DNA of 50,030 nt, filler included, from Sphacelaria rigidula (taxonomy: Eukaryota): assembly GCA_964200075.2 (NCBI GenBank). It is 3 parts of 3 records of this genome, joined end to end, with 100 filler letters (N's around TTAATTAATTAA, not from the genome) between each part and the next. Parts side by side here need not be neighbours in the genome. Positions count along the whole stretch, not along the records: positions 16,720 to 33,332 come from CAXNAA020001301.1; positions 33,433 to 50,030 come from CAXNAA020001302.1; 1 more part is not named here. One strand, written 5' to 3'. The notes under the pieces are model-generated. The model was not told the DNA's origin, did no database searches, and was given only the letters and a program-made list of their open reading frames with translations. Within the stretch, counting starts at the first letter, position 1, and each line of letters begins with the position of its first letter. A program made the position numbers and the translations under genes. Below are positions 24,699 to 38,420 of this stretch, one piece after another.

Positions 24699-25225
24699 GG
24701 AAGAGGGGCCGAGCGGGGGGGGGGATTCAGAAAAAAACAAGGCGGGGGCGAGTGAGGGTGGACAAGAACGCCAAAGTCTACGAGGCTGGGATACGAACTG
24801 GGCCAGCCGTAAAACTTGTGAACATACAGCACGCAAGAACTTCTCAGCTTTCCCGAAACACTCCCATTGGAGCATATCGCTGCGAACTGCTTACCAACCT
24901 CGCAATGCACGGATTCACCGCTAGTCGATTGGCGCAGGTTTGGCCATCAAGGTACTCTACTGCACTGAGTATCGGGTGCCTCTCATTTCGTGGCGTGAAA
25001 GCATGTTTTGATTTTTTTCACTCGAAATTGATGCCGATTCAACAGAAGACTAACCTCGCGGCCTAAGGGTTAAATTTGATGCCGATTCAGCAGGTGACCT
25101 GCCCTCACCGCCGGAAAAAAAAATGGTGACGGGGGATACCGCCGTTTTTTCCAAGGGGTCACGACATTTCACAGTTTTTCACACAGAGCACCGCGTTACC
25201 CCATTCCCGACAAAAACACCATTAA

Positions 25226-25323
25226 CCGTTAGACCGCGAGATTAGTCTTGCTGGATCGTGAATACTTTGTTTCACTTGAAATTGATGCCGATTCAACAGA
25301 AGACTAACCTCGCGGTCTAAGGG
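25226..25323. mobile_element. piggyBac-type MITE, 98 bp, TTAA TSD, ~24-bp TIR
   Basis: TTAA|ccgttagaccgcgagattagtctt...aagactaacctcgcggtctaaggg|TTAA; a half copy lies at about 25015-25073. Confidence 0.85.
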
Positions 25324-25777
25324 TTAACTAGCTGGGCTACCTCACAGCACAAGCGGTCGTTGCAGTTCTACACCTAGTCTTTTTTGCTCCGTGTATTGTA
25401 CATGAATTGTCAACAAACACGACGCATATCATGTCGAACGTGACTAGTTTCTGTGCCAGTAAGCTTTCTTCACTGCTATCATGAACCCGGCCATGTTACC
25501 ATTTTACAGTAGAAGGTCTGAGAACGAGAGTAATGAAAATAACGGGGTTCAGATCGGTCTGGTGATGCCCTCCCCCCCCCCCCCCTCCCTCCTCGCCACT
25601 CCGCCCCCACCCCAACTTTTCCCCCAACCAGAATTTTGACACCATCATCCAGAAAAACTCCATAAAGAATAACCTGAACATAGAACATACATTCACACGA
25701 GATATTCAGACGTGGGTAACCAAACACGCAACAGCCCAGAGATTGATGAATTTCGGAACAGACGCATTTCCCTAGTT

Positions 25778-26132
25778 TGTGTGTGTGTGTGTGTTGTCGT
25801 CCCATCTATTTTGGGCGCCGGTCTTCACCTCTCGGTATATGTGGGCGCACCAGCCGGGGTCACACAGGAGGAAGGCCAACACAGGAGCTTCTTCTCGTTT
25901 ATTTGTTTTAGTACCCCGCCTTCCTTCTGCGGTGCTTGCCTTTNNNNNNNNNNAGAGGGGTTTAGCAGTCCCTTTCCCTCGTCGACCGTTAAGTCGAATG
26001 TTGTGTACCCACTACATGGTCGCTCTCCACTGTTGGGCATTGTGTGAGAAAAAATCCAAGATCGCTCCGAGAATTGAACCCATGACCCAAATGTCAGAAG
26101 ATGTCGAGGTTACCAACTGAGCCACCGGGGCG
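25778..26132 (-). mobile_element. tRNA-derived SINE, near full length, (CA)n tail
   Basis: Minus strand: cgccccggtggctcagttggtaacc (A box)...gggttcaattctc (B box)...body...(CA)n. Confidence 0.82.
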
Positions 26133-29100
26133 AAAAAGGCTTGTACCTCATAAAATTTACGCAAAAACACACGGGGAAAACATGTACCGGCGGCGCAGCA
26201 AAGGTTCGACCGTCGTACGGTACGTTAGAAATGTACGGGACAATTATGTACCGGTAAATTGGGGGTACGACCTGCCCACGATAGGTTACAAATGTAAGGG
26301 TATTATAGGAAACGTACGCTGATCCTGACACCGCCGTTTTCCTTTGGGGGGGGGGGGGGGGGGGGGAGGGAGGGGTGCTATCGCGGCATAACTCGACTAG
26401 TCCACTTTGCACTTTTGCTATCCTGTTAGTAGTGTGGTGAAATGAGGCCTCCTGCCGTTGCGGAACGCGCGTCTCACCAAAACCGTTACCGTATACACGT
26501 TCACTTCAGGATTGATTTCTCGCTTCTCTTCTTGGCACGAATCTGTATGCGCACGCACCCATTGAGGACACTCTCCGCTCAAGGAACGTTCTTTCAATTT
26601 TTTCGCCCATCCTGACACCGCCATACTGTTTAGTACCTGTACGGTTGTAATTTCGCACAGGAGTATGGCAAGATCCATACTTGAAAAACCAACTGACAGG
26701 CCTGGTGTCCAAGAAGCGGCCTCGAGCCACAAACAGGACATGTTACCCTCATCATACGTCTAGACACTACAGCAGCGCGTCGTACAGCAGTGCATCTCAC
26801 AGGGCCGTATCATATGTAGAAAATGACGTGTTAATGTTACTCTCATCATACGTCCGGACATACAGCGGTGCATGGTCACAGCAGTACATCTCACATGGCC
26901 ATACTGTAGAAAAAGACCTGTTGATCATTTCGCGCACACATGTGTATATGTATACATCGTCCATCATTTCCGTAATGGGAATAACGAGGGCATGGGGTTC
27001 TACTGTAAGGATCATGGGAAAGACTACGTGTGGAGCTCGTGTAGAGTGAGCAAAATCAAGGCAACACTAGTTGCCCCCTCTTTGAATGAATCGCGTACAG
27101 TTATCACATGCCAAAGTTTGAGTATGAGTAAATACAAGCCAGCAATGGCATCTCTAGACGAAACACGCGCACGTGCAGACACACACACGCACACACATGG
27201 GAAGAAGAACTCGACGCTTGAAGTAGGAGTGCTGTTTTAGTGGCACGGGGTATCCTAAGCCGGAAACGACAGAGTCGGGCTGGAAACGACGAAATCGGGA
27301 AAAAGAGGGGAGAGGAGGAAAATGCTACGCGTATTACCGCCGTTACTCTATTTACCGCATTTACTCCTGCATCCAGGGTGGGGAAAACAACCCAGAGGCG
27401 CACAGGCTGTGGTAATGATTCTAGATATTCAAGTGGGAGAAATCCGTCTGGTGTCCCAAAGGGTGCATGTCATGCCTGAGGGGAGGTGTCGTTGGTAGAC
27501 GTCAACTCAGCGTTTAGGTGCCGATTGACACGAAAACGCGTTCGGCGCACGCTGAGAGCGCACGGGACGGTCGAGCCTCACTAAAGATTCGATCCTTGTT
27601 GTTAAAACCTAAATCGAGCAATCCAACTTTGTAGCCCAACTCCGGTCAATTCTAATCCAAGGCCTAAGGGCTGCCTGGGCTGTGAGCTGTGACGAATCTG
27701 GATATGGCTTTTCGCGAAGACTGCGATAAATCCCTATTTTACCCCACAACATTGGTGATGGTGGTAATCGGGGGCGCATGGCTCGTGAGAGAAAAATGTT
27801 ATACCTCGTGGGAGTGAGCACACTTCGACAGAGTGAAAACACGGGATGGCACGCACTGCCACATGTGCGTGTGTTTTGTGTGTGCCCATATTTTCACATC
27901 AAAAGTTTTGGAGTAGAGAAGGCAAACCAGTGTACTTACTGTCTGGAGTGGTCCAGGGAGTTTTGATTAGTTGATTGCTTGTTGCACTTCAACTGATGTC
28001 CAACCTGTATATGCACCTGTGATGGCCTCATCGCATGCCAACATACTTCTCCCTTTCGGATGCATGATACTTAGCTATTCCCCCCTCCTGCAGCGCAATA
28101 TGGCGTACGGATTGGGGCGCCATCGTGAGCGCTGGCGTCGCGTGAGCGATGCGCATCATACGGTGCACTTTGGAAATATATTATAATAGATGGTGATACA
28201 GAAGGCAGAGAGTACAGTATACGCTCACTACGGCCAAGTGACATTTCGCCAACATTACAGTACAGTATCCGTAGACGACCACCATCCGCAGCTTGGGGTG
28301 GTGTTCATGACTCGTTCCTTCACCACCGACATCAATGGAGAAGGAACAGCCTTATCCACGTGTGCGTTGATGCTCGAAGCCCACCCTGCCCACGGAGCAC
28401 GTTCCCAAGTCATCATCATAGGCATTGATCTGCAGTTGGTGCGAGTCTTGGTGCGGACATTTAGAGTGCCAGCCTTGACCCTTTCGACAGCGGCGGTAAA
28501 GCTTTCGAGCTTCCGAAACTGTGAAATGTTCGACAAAGAGTGACTCCCGACACAAAAATCAAGTCACTGTCAGAACATGTCTCACTCGTACTTGTTTGTG
28601 ATCCATTTTTAGCATGAATGGATATCGACTTTGACTGACTGTACTCTAGAGAGAGTCGAACAGGTGAAGGAGGACCCCCAGTACTGACCGCGGATTCGCG
28701 GCATGCATGGGTCATGAACAATGCGAACTCACTTCTTTCTCCCGAACAGGGCGCGCATGGACGAGGTAATACCCAATAGGCCACGCCGTCGGGCCTGGCC
28801 GGACAGGGTCTTCGAGGACTCCGACTTTCGCCCAGAGTCCAAAGCACGTTGTGACCGCATCTGCATCATCCCGAAGAACCTTTCCTCTTCTTTAAACTGT
28901 CGTTGTAACAACGAGACCACCGCCGGTGATAAGGTGGCTATCAAGGGGGAAATGCAGTAGCCGCTCTTCAATTCGCGTGAATGCCCACTATACTGGTGTT
29001 GCTGTTGCTGTTGCCGCTCCTGCTCCTGCAGCTCCTACTGCTCCTCCTGTTGTTCTTGCCACCGGTGTACTGGGTGTTCGATGTTATTGCTGCGTAACCT

Positions 29101-32100
29101 TGCCGAGGAGGCGCTGCGGTGTCGACCAAACTGTAACTCGGGAACTCGGTGATTCTTGACCTGAGGTCTGGGGTACACGACCCAGCGCCCCGGTGGGTGC
29201 CAAACTACAGTTGGTGTGAGGGTAGCACCACCACCAACCCCGATGAGATATAGAGTAGCCGCTTATTTGCTTGGCTTCGACACCGCTTGTAGCTGTTGTA
29301 TAGTTCTTGTTGCTGCTGCTTGTACTGCTGCTGCTCGTGCCGCAGCTGCTGCTATGATGTGCCCGTCGTTGGTTGTCTGGATATTATTCTTCGAACTTTT
29401 TTACGCACAACGATGTCCTCCGACTACCTCCGAGAACCAGCAAACCGTAACACCGACAACCAGCACACCGCAACAGCAGTGATGCACTGTCTCGGCTCTT
29501 TCGTTTACACTCAAATTTAGAGTGCGTGCTCGTACCGTGTTTATGAGGGTCTGACGGTGTGCAGTGGAAGACGAGGGGCGAGTTATTATGGGAGAGTATA
29601 TTTGTGGCACCCTGCAGCTTGCGGAGGAATGCCAAAAGGCCACAACTAGTCACAACGACCCTGGGAAGTTGGTAAAAAAATTCCAGAACTTCCATAGTAA
29701 TCCCGGACCATTCGTGTCGGGGCCCTCACCTTCAAAATCATTGTTGTTTTCTAATACCTCGATCAATATGTTCTGTCATTTTTCTGTTACATTCGCATAG
29801 AAATGGCTATTTTCCGATAGCAACCCTGCCCGCCAAGAAGGGGGTGTGAGTGCACAGAGAGGCTGCTAGATCAGGTGTTCGTTCATCGTGTCTGTAGTAT
29901 ACTAAAGATTACTCTGTATTATATATTCTTGCGGTTCCGTCAGTGGTGTTATCGTAGAAATAGTCGCGACTCTCACAACTGTCGTGTGCAATTTGATCTT
30001 CAACAGTCGACTTCTTTCAGAAACGTCACCGGAACTACTGTCTGTACTGTAGAGCCTGATCAGTGCGCGCGTTGCGGCATCGCGACGCCGCCACATCGCG
30101 ACAGCTGAAGACTCACTGTTGCCTGAGTGTGTGGTGCGGAGTACACTTTCCAGTGCTTCTGACCCTCAGCCCACCTTATTGTCGATTTTTACCTGCTCGA
30201 GTTGTAGCGAGGTTTCGTTGCGAGAGTTGTTCGGGAGGGCGATCTTTCAGGGATTCCGTCCGTCGCCATGACGGCGCAGCTGATGGTACAGCAGCGAGAG
30301 TTGCGGCGGGGGCGGCGCGCGTTTGGAACAGCGGGCGATGACGTTGCTTCGGTGAGGTTCCTGTTTTGGTTGCTGTTGGTAACTCAGTCAATTTGTTGCA
30401 TGCTCCTTTATGCACCATTGCCGCACCTACTGAACTGCACCGCGGTTGTACTTTGTGCCTATACATATATATATATATATATACTGCAATAGATTTTATG
30501 TACGGGCATGGCATCGGCGGTATTTGCCAGCTGCTGTTAACATGAACATGAAAAACGGGCGAGACCGAAAAGTGTTGGCAGCAGAATTCATTAGTGGGTG
30601 GATCGTAGATCCTCGTTCCTGAGGTTCACAGATTGACCTGTGCTGCAGTTGCCTGGGCAAGGAAGGAGTCTGAAATAGAATCACCGCAAGGCAGACAGAT
30701 CCATGAACGGTCGATGCTCCTCTCTCGTCAAAATAACAGGTTCCAACTTCATTTCTCGAGTGACACATCACGTTCGTTCCCCCGAAGATCACGTTTGCGG
30801 CCAAAAACGCATTTGGATTGGATACTCGTATGGAACACCGATGAATTTCAGAATTTTCTCGATGGAATCCGCAAATTGAACATTTCGACGGATATCCGGG
30901 ATTAGCGACGAATTTGAGTACCCTTCCCAATATACCCTCGATCAATCGGGATTCGTGACAGGTTCCGGTATCAATTGGAATTTTCAATCCGCACATTGAC
31001 GAATTTCCAGCGGATTGACGGGTTTGGGCACAAATATGCTTCCTGTAGACTCCTTTTCGACACTATTTGGTGTTCGGCTCAGATTCATTGAATAACACAG
31101 GCATATGATATCTCTGGAGCCACACGGCCCCTTGAGTCGAGCCCGAGCATCGTGGCGTGGCCGTTTTGAGACGGCAAATGAAAGGAGTTGCATTGTGTCA
31201 TATAAGAATATGTTTCCCGCTCCGGATCAACGTGATATTCCCGCGGTTTTCCGAGCCCTACTTTAATAGCTGGGCCGCACAAAAAGTTCACTTTCCTTTA
31301 GCCCGGTTCTAACTGACGATGTATCAAGAATTGTGCCTACTATGACACACGTGGTAATCGGCAAATCAGCACGCGTCTTCAAATCCATGTAGCACTGCGA
31401 TCCGATAAGCTCTCATCAAACGAAATACCAAACTGTATTCGAGTGCCGAAGTGTAGAGAGTTGAGGGTACCATGTGCGGCGGAATTGAAGAAAAAAACGG
31501 CTGAAATTGGATTCTCGGTTACAGTCGGTTGTGCCGCGTGGTGCCGCACAAGCTGCGATTGCACAACAACACATGTCGCACTTGGCGCGCAGTAATGCAC
31601 GCAAACGAGGCCCTCAGCGCGCCAAGGCGTCTGGTGGTAGTGTGCGAACAACGAGCTGTTTGTGAAGACCTCTCAGCCGAAAGTAGAAGAGTCGATTTCG
31701 AGAGAATGACGCGATTCCCGAGTTCAATTTTGAGTCGTTTTCGATTAATTTTTAACCCTTTTGGAACCGTTGATGGAAAATTGACGATTTACATTTGACG
31801 TTTTTTTGGGCAAGAAATGATTGTTTTTCTACAGCTTCTGAGCAAACGCTTCGCCCAAAGTGTGTTTTTCAGACCCGTGCGAATGGAACGTGGAAGAAAA
31901 GAAGGTTCGAAGGTTCTCTATTTTACGGGTTTGACAACCTTGTTCGACCCGTCGGTGTTTTGTAACCCCGGCTAGAGTGCACAGCCGACTCTCCGTGAAG
32001 AAATCTTCACACCGCACCTGCAGTACATGCTTTGCACCACATCGTAGCAAGCTTGCGCCTAAGTTGAAATAACAAACGCGAAACCGACGGCACATTTACC

Positions 32101-33332
32101 TCACGTATGTCCCCGTCTACTGTCTGTATTCGCAGACAGTCACCGTCAGGCCCTGTGGGGACGTGTTTACCTACTCCTCTGTACTGCGTGCGATCATGAT
32201 ATTTTCAGCTCATGTCAAGGGTAAACTCATGCCGTGCACGCTACTGTGCTCTGTCGTACGCGTTTATACGGCACCAACCTACGGTTTGATCATTCATTCC
32301 ATAACGGCGACGAGGATGTCATGTACCCCGCCGTTATACATCCCATCCTGGTGCAGCGTAGGCGGGGGCCATTACTTTGGCATATCCGATACAGGCTGTC
32401 ACTTTGTAGGCTGTGATCTTACGGTATATCTCATCCTGCGCTTTGTGCTGTACGTGCCCACGACACCACCTCTATACTGGGGGTTGGTCATGTCTGAACG
32501 TTGCACAGCCGTACTTTGTGCGGCGTGAGGTCTATCACTCCGGCTGGCGTTATCGCCTTTGGACCGTCTTACGTCGTGGGTGGCGTTGGGGTTTCATGCA
32601 ATGATATTGCATAGCTCCTGTCTTCTGGCATGGAAAACCGTTGCATCATTCTTCAGTTATACTGGACTGTAGTGAGGTGTAGTTACTGACTGTAGTTATA
32701 GTCGGGTTAGGCTGGTTGCGAAAGGCTGTCCCGGTCGGTTGTCGGCCGTTTGCTAGTACATCGCCTGTCTGGAAGCTTGCAATCACGTCCGCCTGGTGTC
32801 TCCTACATAATCCTGCGTGCCTCGCAGCGTTTTCACTAGCCGCGGTTACTGTGTTGACGTTTAGTAAGCGAGCGGGGGGGGCGGTGTGCGCCGGGGGGCA
32901 TGGGCTGCCCCAACCGCTCTTGTAGCTTTTTCAGCGAAACGCCTGGCAGCGTCCTGGCCGTGCTTCTCAGCCATCTCTTCCAGCTGAACGTGAATTGCGC
33001 ATGGGTCGCTCTTCAGCGCTTCCACATGTGGCGACGGGATTTCCACGTGCCCCGCCATATCATTGTCGCCGGCCGTATAGTGTGGCTTCCTACGCTCGCG
33101 AAGTGTTGATGACGCAGCCCACCAAAACGGTGCACCATTCTAATTTCAAGTATACTAGTGCGCCACTCTAACTTCAAGTATACTAATGCGACGGGTTCGT
33201 GCACCGACCTCGAACTGAGGTATTTCACAGATTCTATTGACAAAAATCACATGTATAGGAGTTTGTACTGTTTTGCGAGAGTTTCTTCGTCGATGCACAC
33301 AATTGGACACACTTCACCCGTCGCGTGATATC

Positions 33333-33432
33333 NNNNNNNNNNNNNNNNNNNNNNNNNNNNNNNNNNNNNNNNNNNNTTAATTAATTAANNNNNNNNNNNN
33401 NNNNNNNNNNNNNNNNNNNNNNNNNNNNNNNN
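33333..33432. other. Assembly spacer: N-run with TTAATTAATTAA linker
   Basis: 100 bp, linker at 33377-33388. Confidence 0.95.
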
Positions 33433-33759
33433 CCTTGTTGATTAATGTATATTATACTCTCCACCAAAACGTAAAAATCCAGAAACGTGCACTGCCAAGA
33501 AGGGGCGTGATCAATCATGAAGAGCCATTCATGTAGAAAAACAACACGTCAGAGCCTAATTCTTTGGCCACGCGATTGGGCGTGTGCCTCTTCAGCGGAT
33601 TCTTTCTGCAACCAACAAATCGGGTATATCCTTGAACATAACTGTATCTCTTATTTCAACTTCACCCATATGCCATAATCCAACCACAATATCAATTTCC
33701 CATGCATCCAGGTCTGATTACATGCATCCATCATCATTGAGTATGAGTATGTTCGATTA
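33433..33759 (-). repeat. Copia 3' LTR (visible homologous part; left end cut by gap)
   Basis: About 95% identical by eye to 41036-41364. Confidence 0.85.
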
Positions 33760-34483
33760 GCCCTCGTACTCACGGCTCAACTCTACTCAATTCCCACGTC
33801 TCATACTCTCACATTCGATTAGCCCTCCTACTCACGGGCTAATTCTACTCATATCTCAAACCCTACTAGACAATAGTCAATGCTATATTATCAAGCACAA
33901 GAAAACGCCCCACCTGTGTACAGACATTTGGTAACGCCATCTACTTAGCAAACTGAAATTTCTTTCTTTAGTCCTTTTCCTCAATACGGCATGGCATACT
34001 CATGCTATTCATCCATCCCATCACGCCTTTCAGTACTGAAAAAGGATTCGAATTCAAAACTCAAATCATCGCAAACCAAAATGTAAAAAAATCCCAGAGA
34101 TATATTCAACAAAAATAGAAAAATTCATCAACCAACCGCAAAGTCGAAAACCAGTCCAGCTTCCCCTATTTGCTATGGCAACTTTTGTGGCACCCGAAGT
34201 CCATACCAAAAACCATTGAAGAATATTTCGGCTGCAACAAAAAATCAAATCTGGTCGTACCCGTCGAAGACCGAAATCTTCCACCAAAAACCATTTGAAA
34301 AATATTTTGCCTGCAACAAAAATCAAATTCGGTCGTACCCGTCGCAGACCGAAATCATTAATTGTAAAATTGAAAATATTGCAACCATGGCCTCGTACCC
34401 CTACTTTTCCGGGGTGGAGAAATGTCCCCGAAAAGAAATCGAACCAGTTCAAACCAAACCACCGTACCAGTGTCTGGCAGACT

Positions 34484-35141
34484 CTACATGATGTTCATGA
34501 CAATTTTACGGTGAAACTCAAAAGACTCTGTCGGCAACACTTTAGTGAGGAAATCTGCGTGTTGATACTCCGATCTCACGTAAATAACCGAAACCTCATT
34601 CCTCCCGACCAACTCCCTGATAAAATGATGCCGTACGTCGATGTGCTTGGAGTTGGAGTTTGTGATTGGGTTCTTTGCCAACTGAATAGCTCCCTGATTA
34701 TCCTCAAACACCGGGATGCATGGCATTCCCATCTGCGGCAACATGAAACGCCAAACCTGTCTCGGAAACAACACCTGCTTCAGAATATCTGTCATGGCAA
34801 CGTACTCTCTTCCGTTGTTGACAGTGTCACACACTTCTGAGTCCTTGAAAACCAAGACACACATCCACCTCCACTCATTACCAGCCCTCCTGATACCGAT
34901 CGCTTATCAGCTGCCTTACTTGCGTAGTCTGCGTCTGCAAACACATGAAAGCTCCACTCCTGTATACTTCCTCTGCAAAAAGAAATCCCCAGCGAACTTG
35001 TTCGCCTAACATACCCCAAAATCCCAAGCGCGGCATCCAATCAAGGTGTTTTGGTGAGGCACAGTACCTCGTTACTGCACGTACTGCGTTAGATATGTCT
35101 GGCCTCGTTTGTATTGCCAGCCACATCAATGACCCTATCAA
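34484..35141 (-). pseudogene. Copia RT C-terminus and RNase H (frameshifted)
   Basis: IGSLMWLAIQTRPDISNAV; FADADYA...RSVSG; TLSTTEE; EDNQGAIQLAKNP...KHIDVRHHFIRE...QHADFLTK. Confidence 0.93.
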
Positions 35142-35312
35142 TTACCGAAACGGAAATTCCATTGCCTGTTCTTCTACACTGAACTCTTTAAGCTTCGCAC
35201 CAACAGCGATGGGGATACTCTTTCCCGACTCTACTCCGTATTCCTTCGCCAACTCTTCTGCGTATGTTTGTTGAGAAATTTTCAGAGTCCCCCTTGCAAT
35301 ATCTCTCTCATA

Positions 35313-36005
35313 CTACAGCCCAGAATACCAACGCAAATCCCCGAGGTTTTTGACTGGAACCATCGTGTTGAGATCTTTACCAAACTCGTCACATCTGTCC
35401 CCCTCTCCCACTGCGAATATATCATCTACATGTACTACGATGATGATAATCACCCTGCCATCCTCAATCAACCGAAATACACATGAATCCGCGAAGCACT
35501 GATCAAATCCCAAGACAAATAAACATTCCGACATATGATTCTGCCACTGCCTACTTGCCTGTTTCAATCCGTACAAAATTTTGTTTAGTCTTACTATTTT
35601 ACCAGATAAGCTACCACAACCAAGTGGCAACCGCATGAAAACATCCTCGTCCAACTCAGACTGTACAAAAGCTTGTACGATATCAAAATGCCGCAACGCA
35701 AGATTTTTCTCACAAGCCAGAGTCGCCAACAAACGTACGCTAGAAACTGCTACAGTGGGGGCATACAACTCTCCAAGATCTATGTTCTCCCTCTGCATAT
35801 CTCCTCTTGCTACTAGTCTCGACTTCATCTTCGTGGGCCATCCGAACTCGTCCGCCTTCCAGTTATATACCCACTTTGCATGGATATAGTTGTCCACGAG
35901 TTGCTCTTCCGCTGAGTCTATCGTCCCCACCTCCAGAATTCCCCGCCATTCCCGCCCCATCGAGTCCCTCCATAAATCACCGTACTCCGAGCGCACCGCC
36001 TGCAT
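35313..36005 (-). pseudogene. Copia reverse transcriptase (RVT_2)
   Basis: KWVYNWK...KSRLVARG, FDIVQAFVQSELDEDVFM, LYGLKQASRQW, VHVDD. Confidence 0.95.
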
Positions 36006-36128
36006 GTATCCCTATGGGACCTTGAGATCCTTTGCTGGACAATGTGGGAGTTCCGGTGGGATGTGCGGCGGGCGCTGCTCACGCAAAGTGGTATCTATAT
36101 CTTCACACGTCGCCAGCCTCGTCGCGAG

Positions 36129-37829
36129 TCACATCGGTATCCCCCCGGGTCCCCCTTTCTCAACATCGTTGCCCTGTCGCCCGGCATCAACCACGCCGCG
36201 CGTGAGGAGAGCAGACAGCAAAGATCGCTTATCCAACTGCTGCATGAGTCCCCAGCTGTGGTACAAGAGTGCAGCCTTGTCTGTCTTGTATGGCGTCGAC
36301 CCTGACCGCGTCCGCCCTGGCTGCCTGGGGTCTGTTTCCAGATCCAGCTCCTTCCTCACGTTGATTGGAAGCGGCGAGAAAGAATGGTCCATCACTTCAG
36401 GGGCGGATAATGTATCGCGCGACGCAGTCGAGGAAGATGCTGATGGTATCGGGGACGGGATCGGGGCCATAGAGCCGGAGAAGATCGTCGGGGATGTCGG
36501 CGGCGATCGATGCATCGGCGGAGTGGACGGGTCCGTCGGCGGCGGTAGTACCGGCTGAGGCGGGTGAGTCGGCGGGCGCGGTGGCTGCAGGATCGGCTGA
36601 GTCGGCGGAGTCTGCTGGCGCGACGGCGGCGGCGGCGGTGGCTCGAACTCCACTGTGTGGTATGTCGGCGGCAGCAGCGGTGTGGCGACGGCGGCGGCGG
36701 TGCTACCATGAACCTCCTCCCCTCCAACGAGCGGCGTCCCGTGATGCTGCTCTGCTGACGGCGCGGCGGCGGCGACGACGGTACTGGAATGGGTCTCCTC
36801 CCCCCTGACGATCGGCGTTGCCGACGATGGCAGTGGCAAACGTGGTACCGTCCAGACAACGTTGTTGGTGTAGTAGACGGCACCGGTAGCAGCCTTCAGG
36901 ACCTTGACCGTCGATGAAGAATGTTTACTGCCATTATTGAGGTAATGGCAGGCCACGGACTGAGCATCCATCTTGCCTCGACGGCTGACCCGCATTATGC
37001 CAGGTTGCAGAAACGGCACAATCTGTAGCGGCGGGCGCTTGCCAGCGAACAATTCATACGGCGACAGTCTTCCCGGGTTCGCTGTAGTAGCGGAACGATT
37101 GAACCCGTCCGCTGCCCACACCGCGGCCTCCAGCCACAGGCGCTCCATGTTCTCCCCCAGATGAGGTATGTCGTCGAAGCGGTACTCTGGGAATAGGCGT
37201 CGCGCTTCAAGACGGGCGGCGTGGCCCCCCTTCATGACCCTCCAAATTGCATAGTCCACCACAGCGTTGTGCTTCGGAGTGTCTGGGGCAGTGTACTCAC
37301 GACGAATCGTTGCATCGTCGCAGAAGGCACCGAAATCGTTGGAGGTGAACTCGCCCCCGTTGTTCATGCGAAAGCAACCGGGGGTACCGATGGCGCTGAC
37401 GTCGGCGATGAAACGTTTCACCTTCGCTAGCGTGTCAGACTTACGTGCGAGGCCATAAAACATCATGAAGCGCGACTTGCTGTCGACGCAGCCCAACATG
37501 TGGGTTGATGCGCCCAGAGTACGAGGGTGTGGACCGGTGAGGTCGAGATGCACCCTGCCAAGTATAGTCGTTGCCCTCGTGCCCAGACTTCGCGGAATAC
37601 CTGCTCTCTGTCCCTTCGCTCCCAAACACCCAGCACATGGCGCCAGTACCCCCGTCAATGTAATGCCCTGTTGTTTCGCAGTTTCTCGGAGTAACGTCTC
37701 ACGAATGTGGGGGAGGGAAACGTGGAAAAAGCCAATGTCGACTTCTTGTTTTGGTTTTCCAACTGCGAATGGGTGAGGGCTGGGGGCAAGAACAGCAAGG
37801 GCCGTCCCGTTTTTAGCTACAACTCCCAT
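36129..37829 (-). pseudogene. Copia pre-integrase (HHCC) plus rve integrase and Pro-rich linker
   Basis: FHVSLPH...CAGC; RVHLDLTGP; RMNNGGEF (catalytic D to N); PKHNAVVD (catalytic E to D), so probably inactive. Confidence 0.92.
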
Positions 37830-37964
37830 TCATTCACTCAGAAAACGCGGAAAACACTCTTGGGGGGGGGTCATGTCAAATCCAGCCATCAGGGCTTCAT
37901 CCTTGAAAACACTCAAGTCTGGACAGTGAAGCCCTCGGACTGCATGGAGGGAACCAACACCATT

Positions 37965-38285
37965 CGTGGGAGCAGTTACAACGATTGCCGGTGAAGCGGA
38001 CTGTAAACCAACACTTGAAGTTACCACGTTCGCCGGAGGAACGGACTGGACACGAACGCTTGGGCGAGGGGAAGTTACAACGCTTGCCGGTGAAGCGGAT
38101 TGTACACCAACACTTGAAGTCACCACGTTCACCGGAGGAACGGACTGGGCACGAACGCTTGAGGGAGGGGCAGATACAATACTTGCCGGTGAAGCGGACT
38201 GGAAACCAACACTTGAAGTCACTACGTTCACCGGAGGAACGGACTGGACACGAACGCTTGGGGGAGGGGCAGTTACAACACTTAC
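37965..38285 (-). repeat. In-frame 99-bp (33-aa) tandem repeat, about 3.2 units, between protease and integrase
   Basis: ccggtgaagcgga at 37988, 38087 and 38186; unit VVTAPPPSVRVQSVPPVNVVTSSVGFQSASPAS. Confidence 0.92.
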
Positions 38286-38420
38286 AGCTGGTACGGCAAG
38301 TGGGGGGTTCTCATATGTTGACGGTAAACGAGTGGCCCTTTGTGACGAAGACCGCTCATTGCGATCGAAGCGAAGCCGACCGTCAAACATATGTACTCCT
38401 GTTTCAGTCAGGAGTACATC

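Noticed and set aside
25778-26132. Functional tRNA gene at the SINE heads (also 3700-3773 and 49400-49470)
   Set aside because: Cloverleaf is degenerate and each head is attached to a shared SINE body
16620-33432. TTAATTAATTAA inside both N-runs as a biological motif
   Set aside because: Artificial six-frame-stop linker; adjacency across these gaps should not be trusted
37965-38285. CRISPR-like array
   Set aside because: Units are contiguous 99-bp coding repeats without unique spacers, in a eukaryotic retroelement
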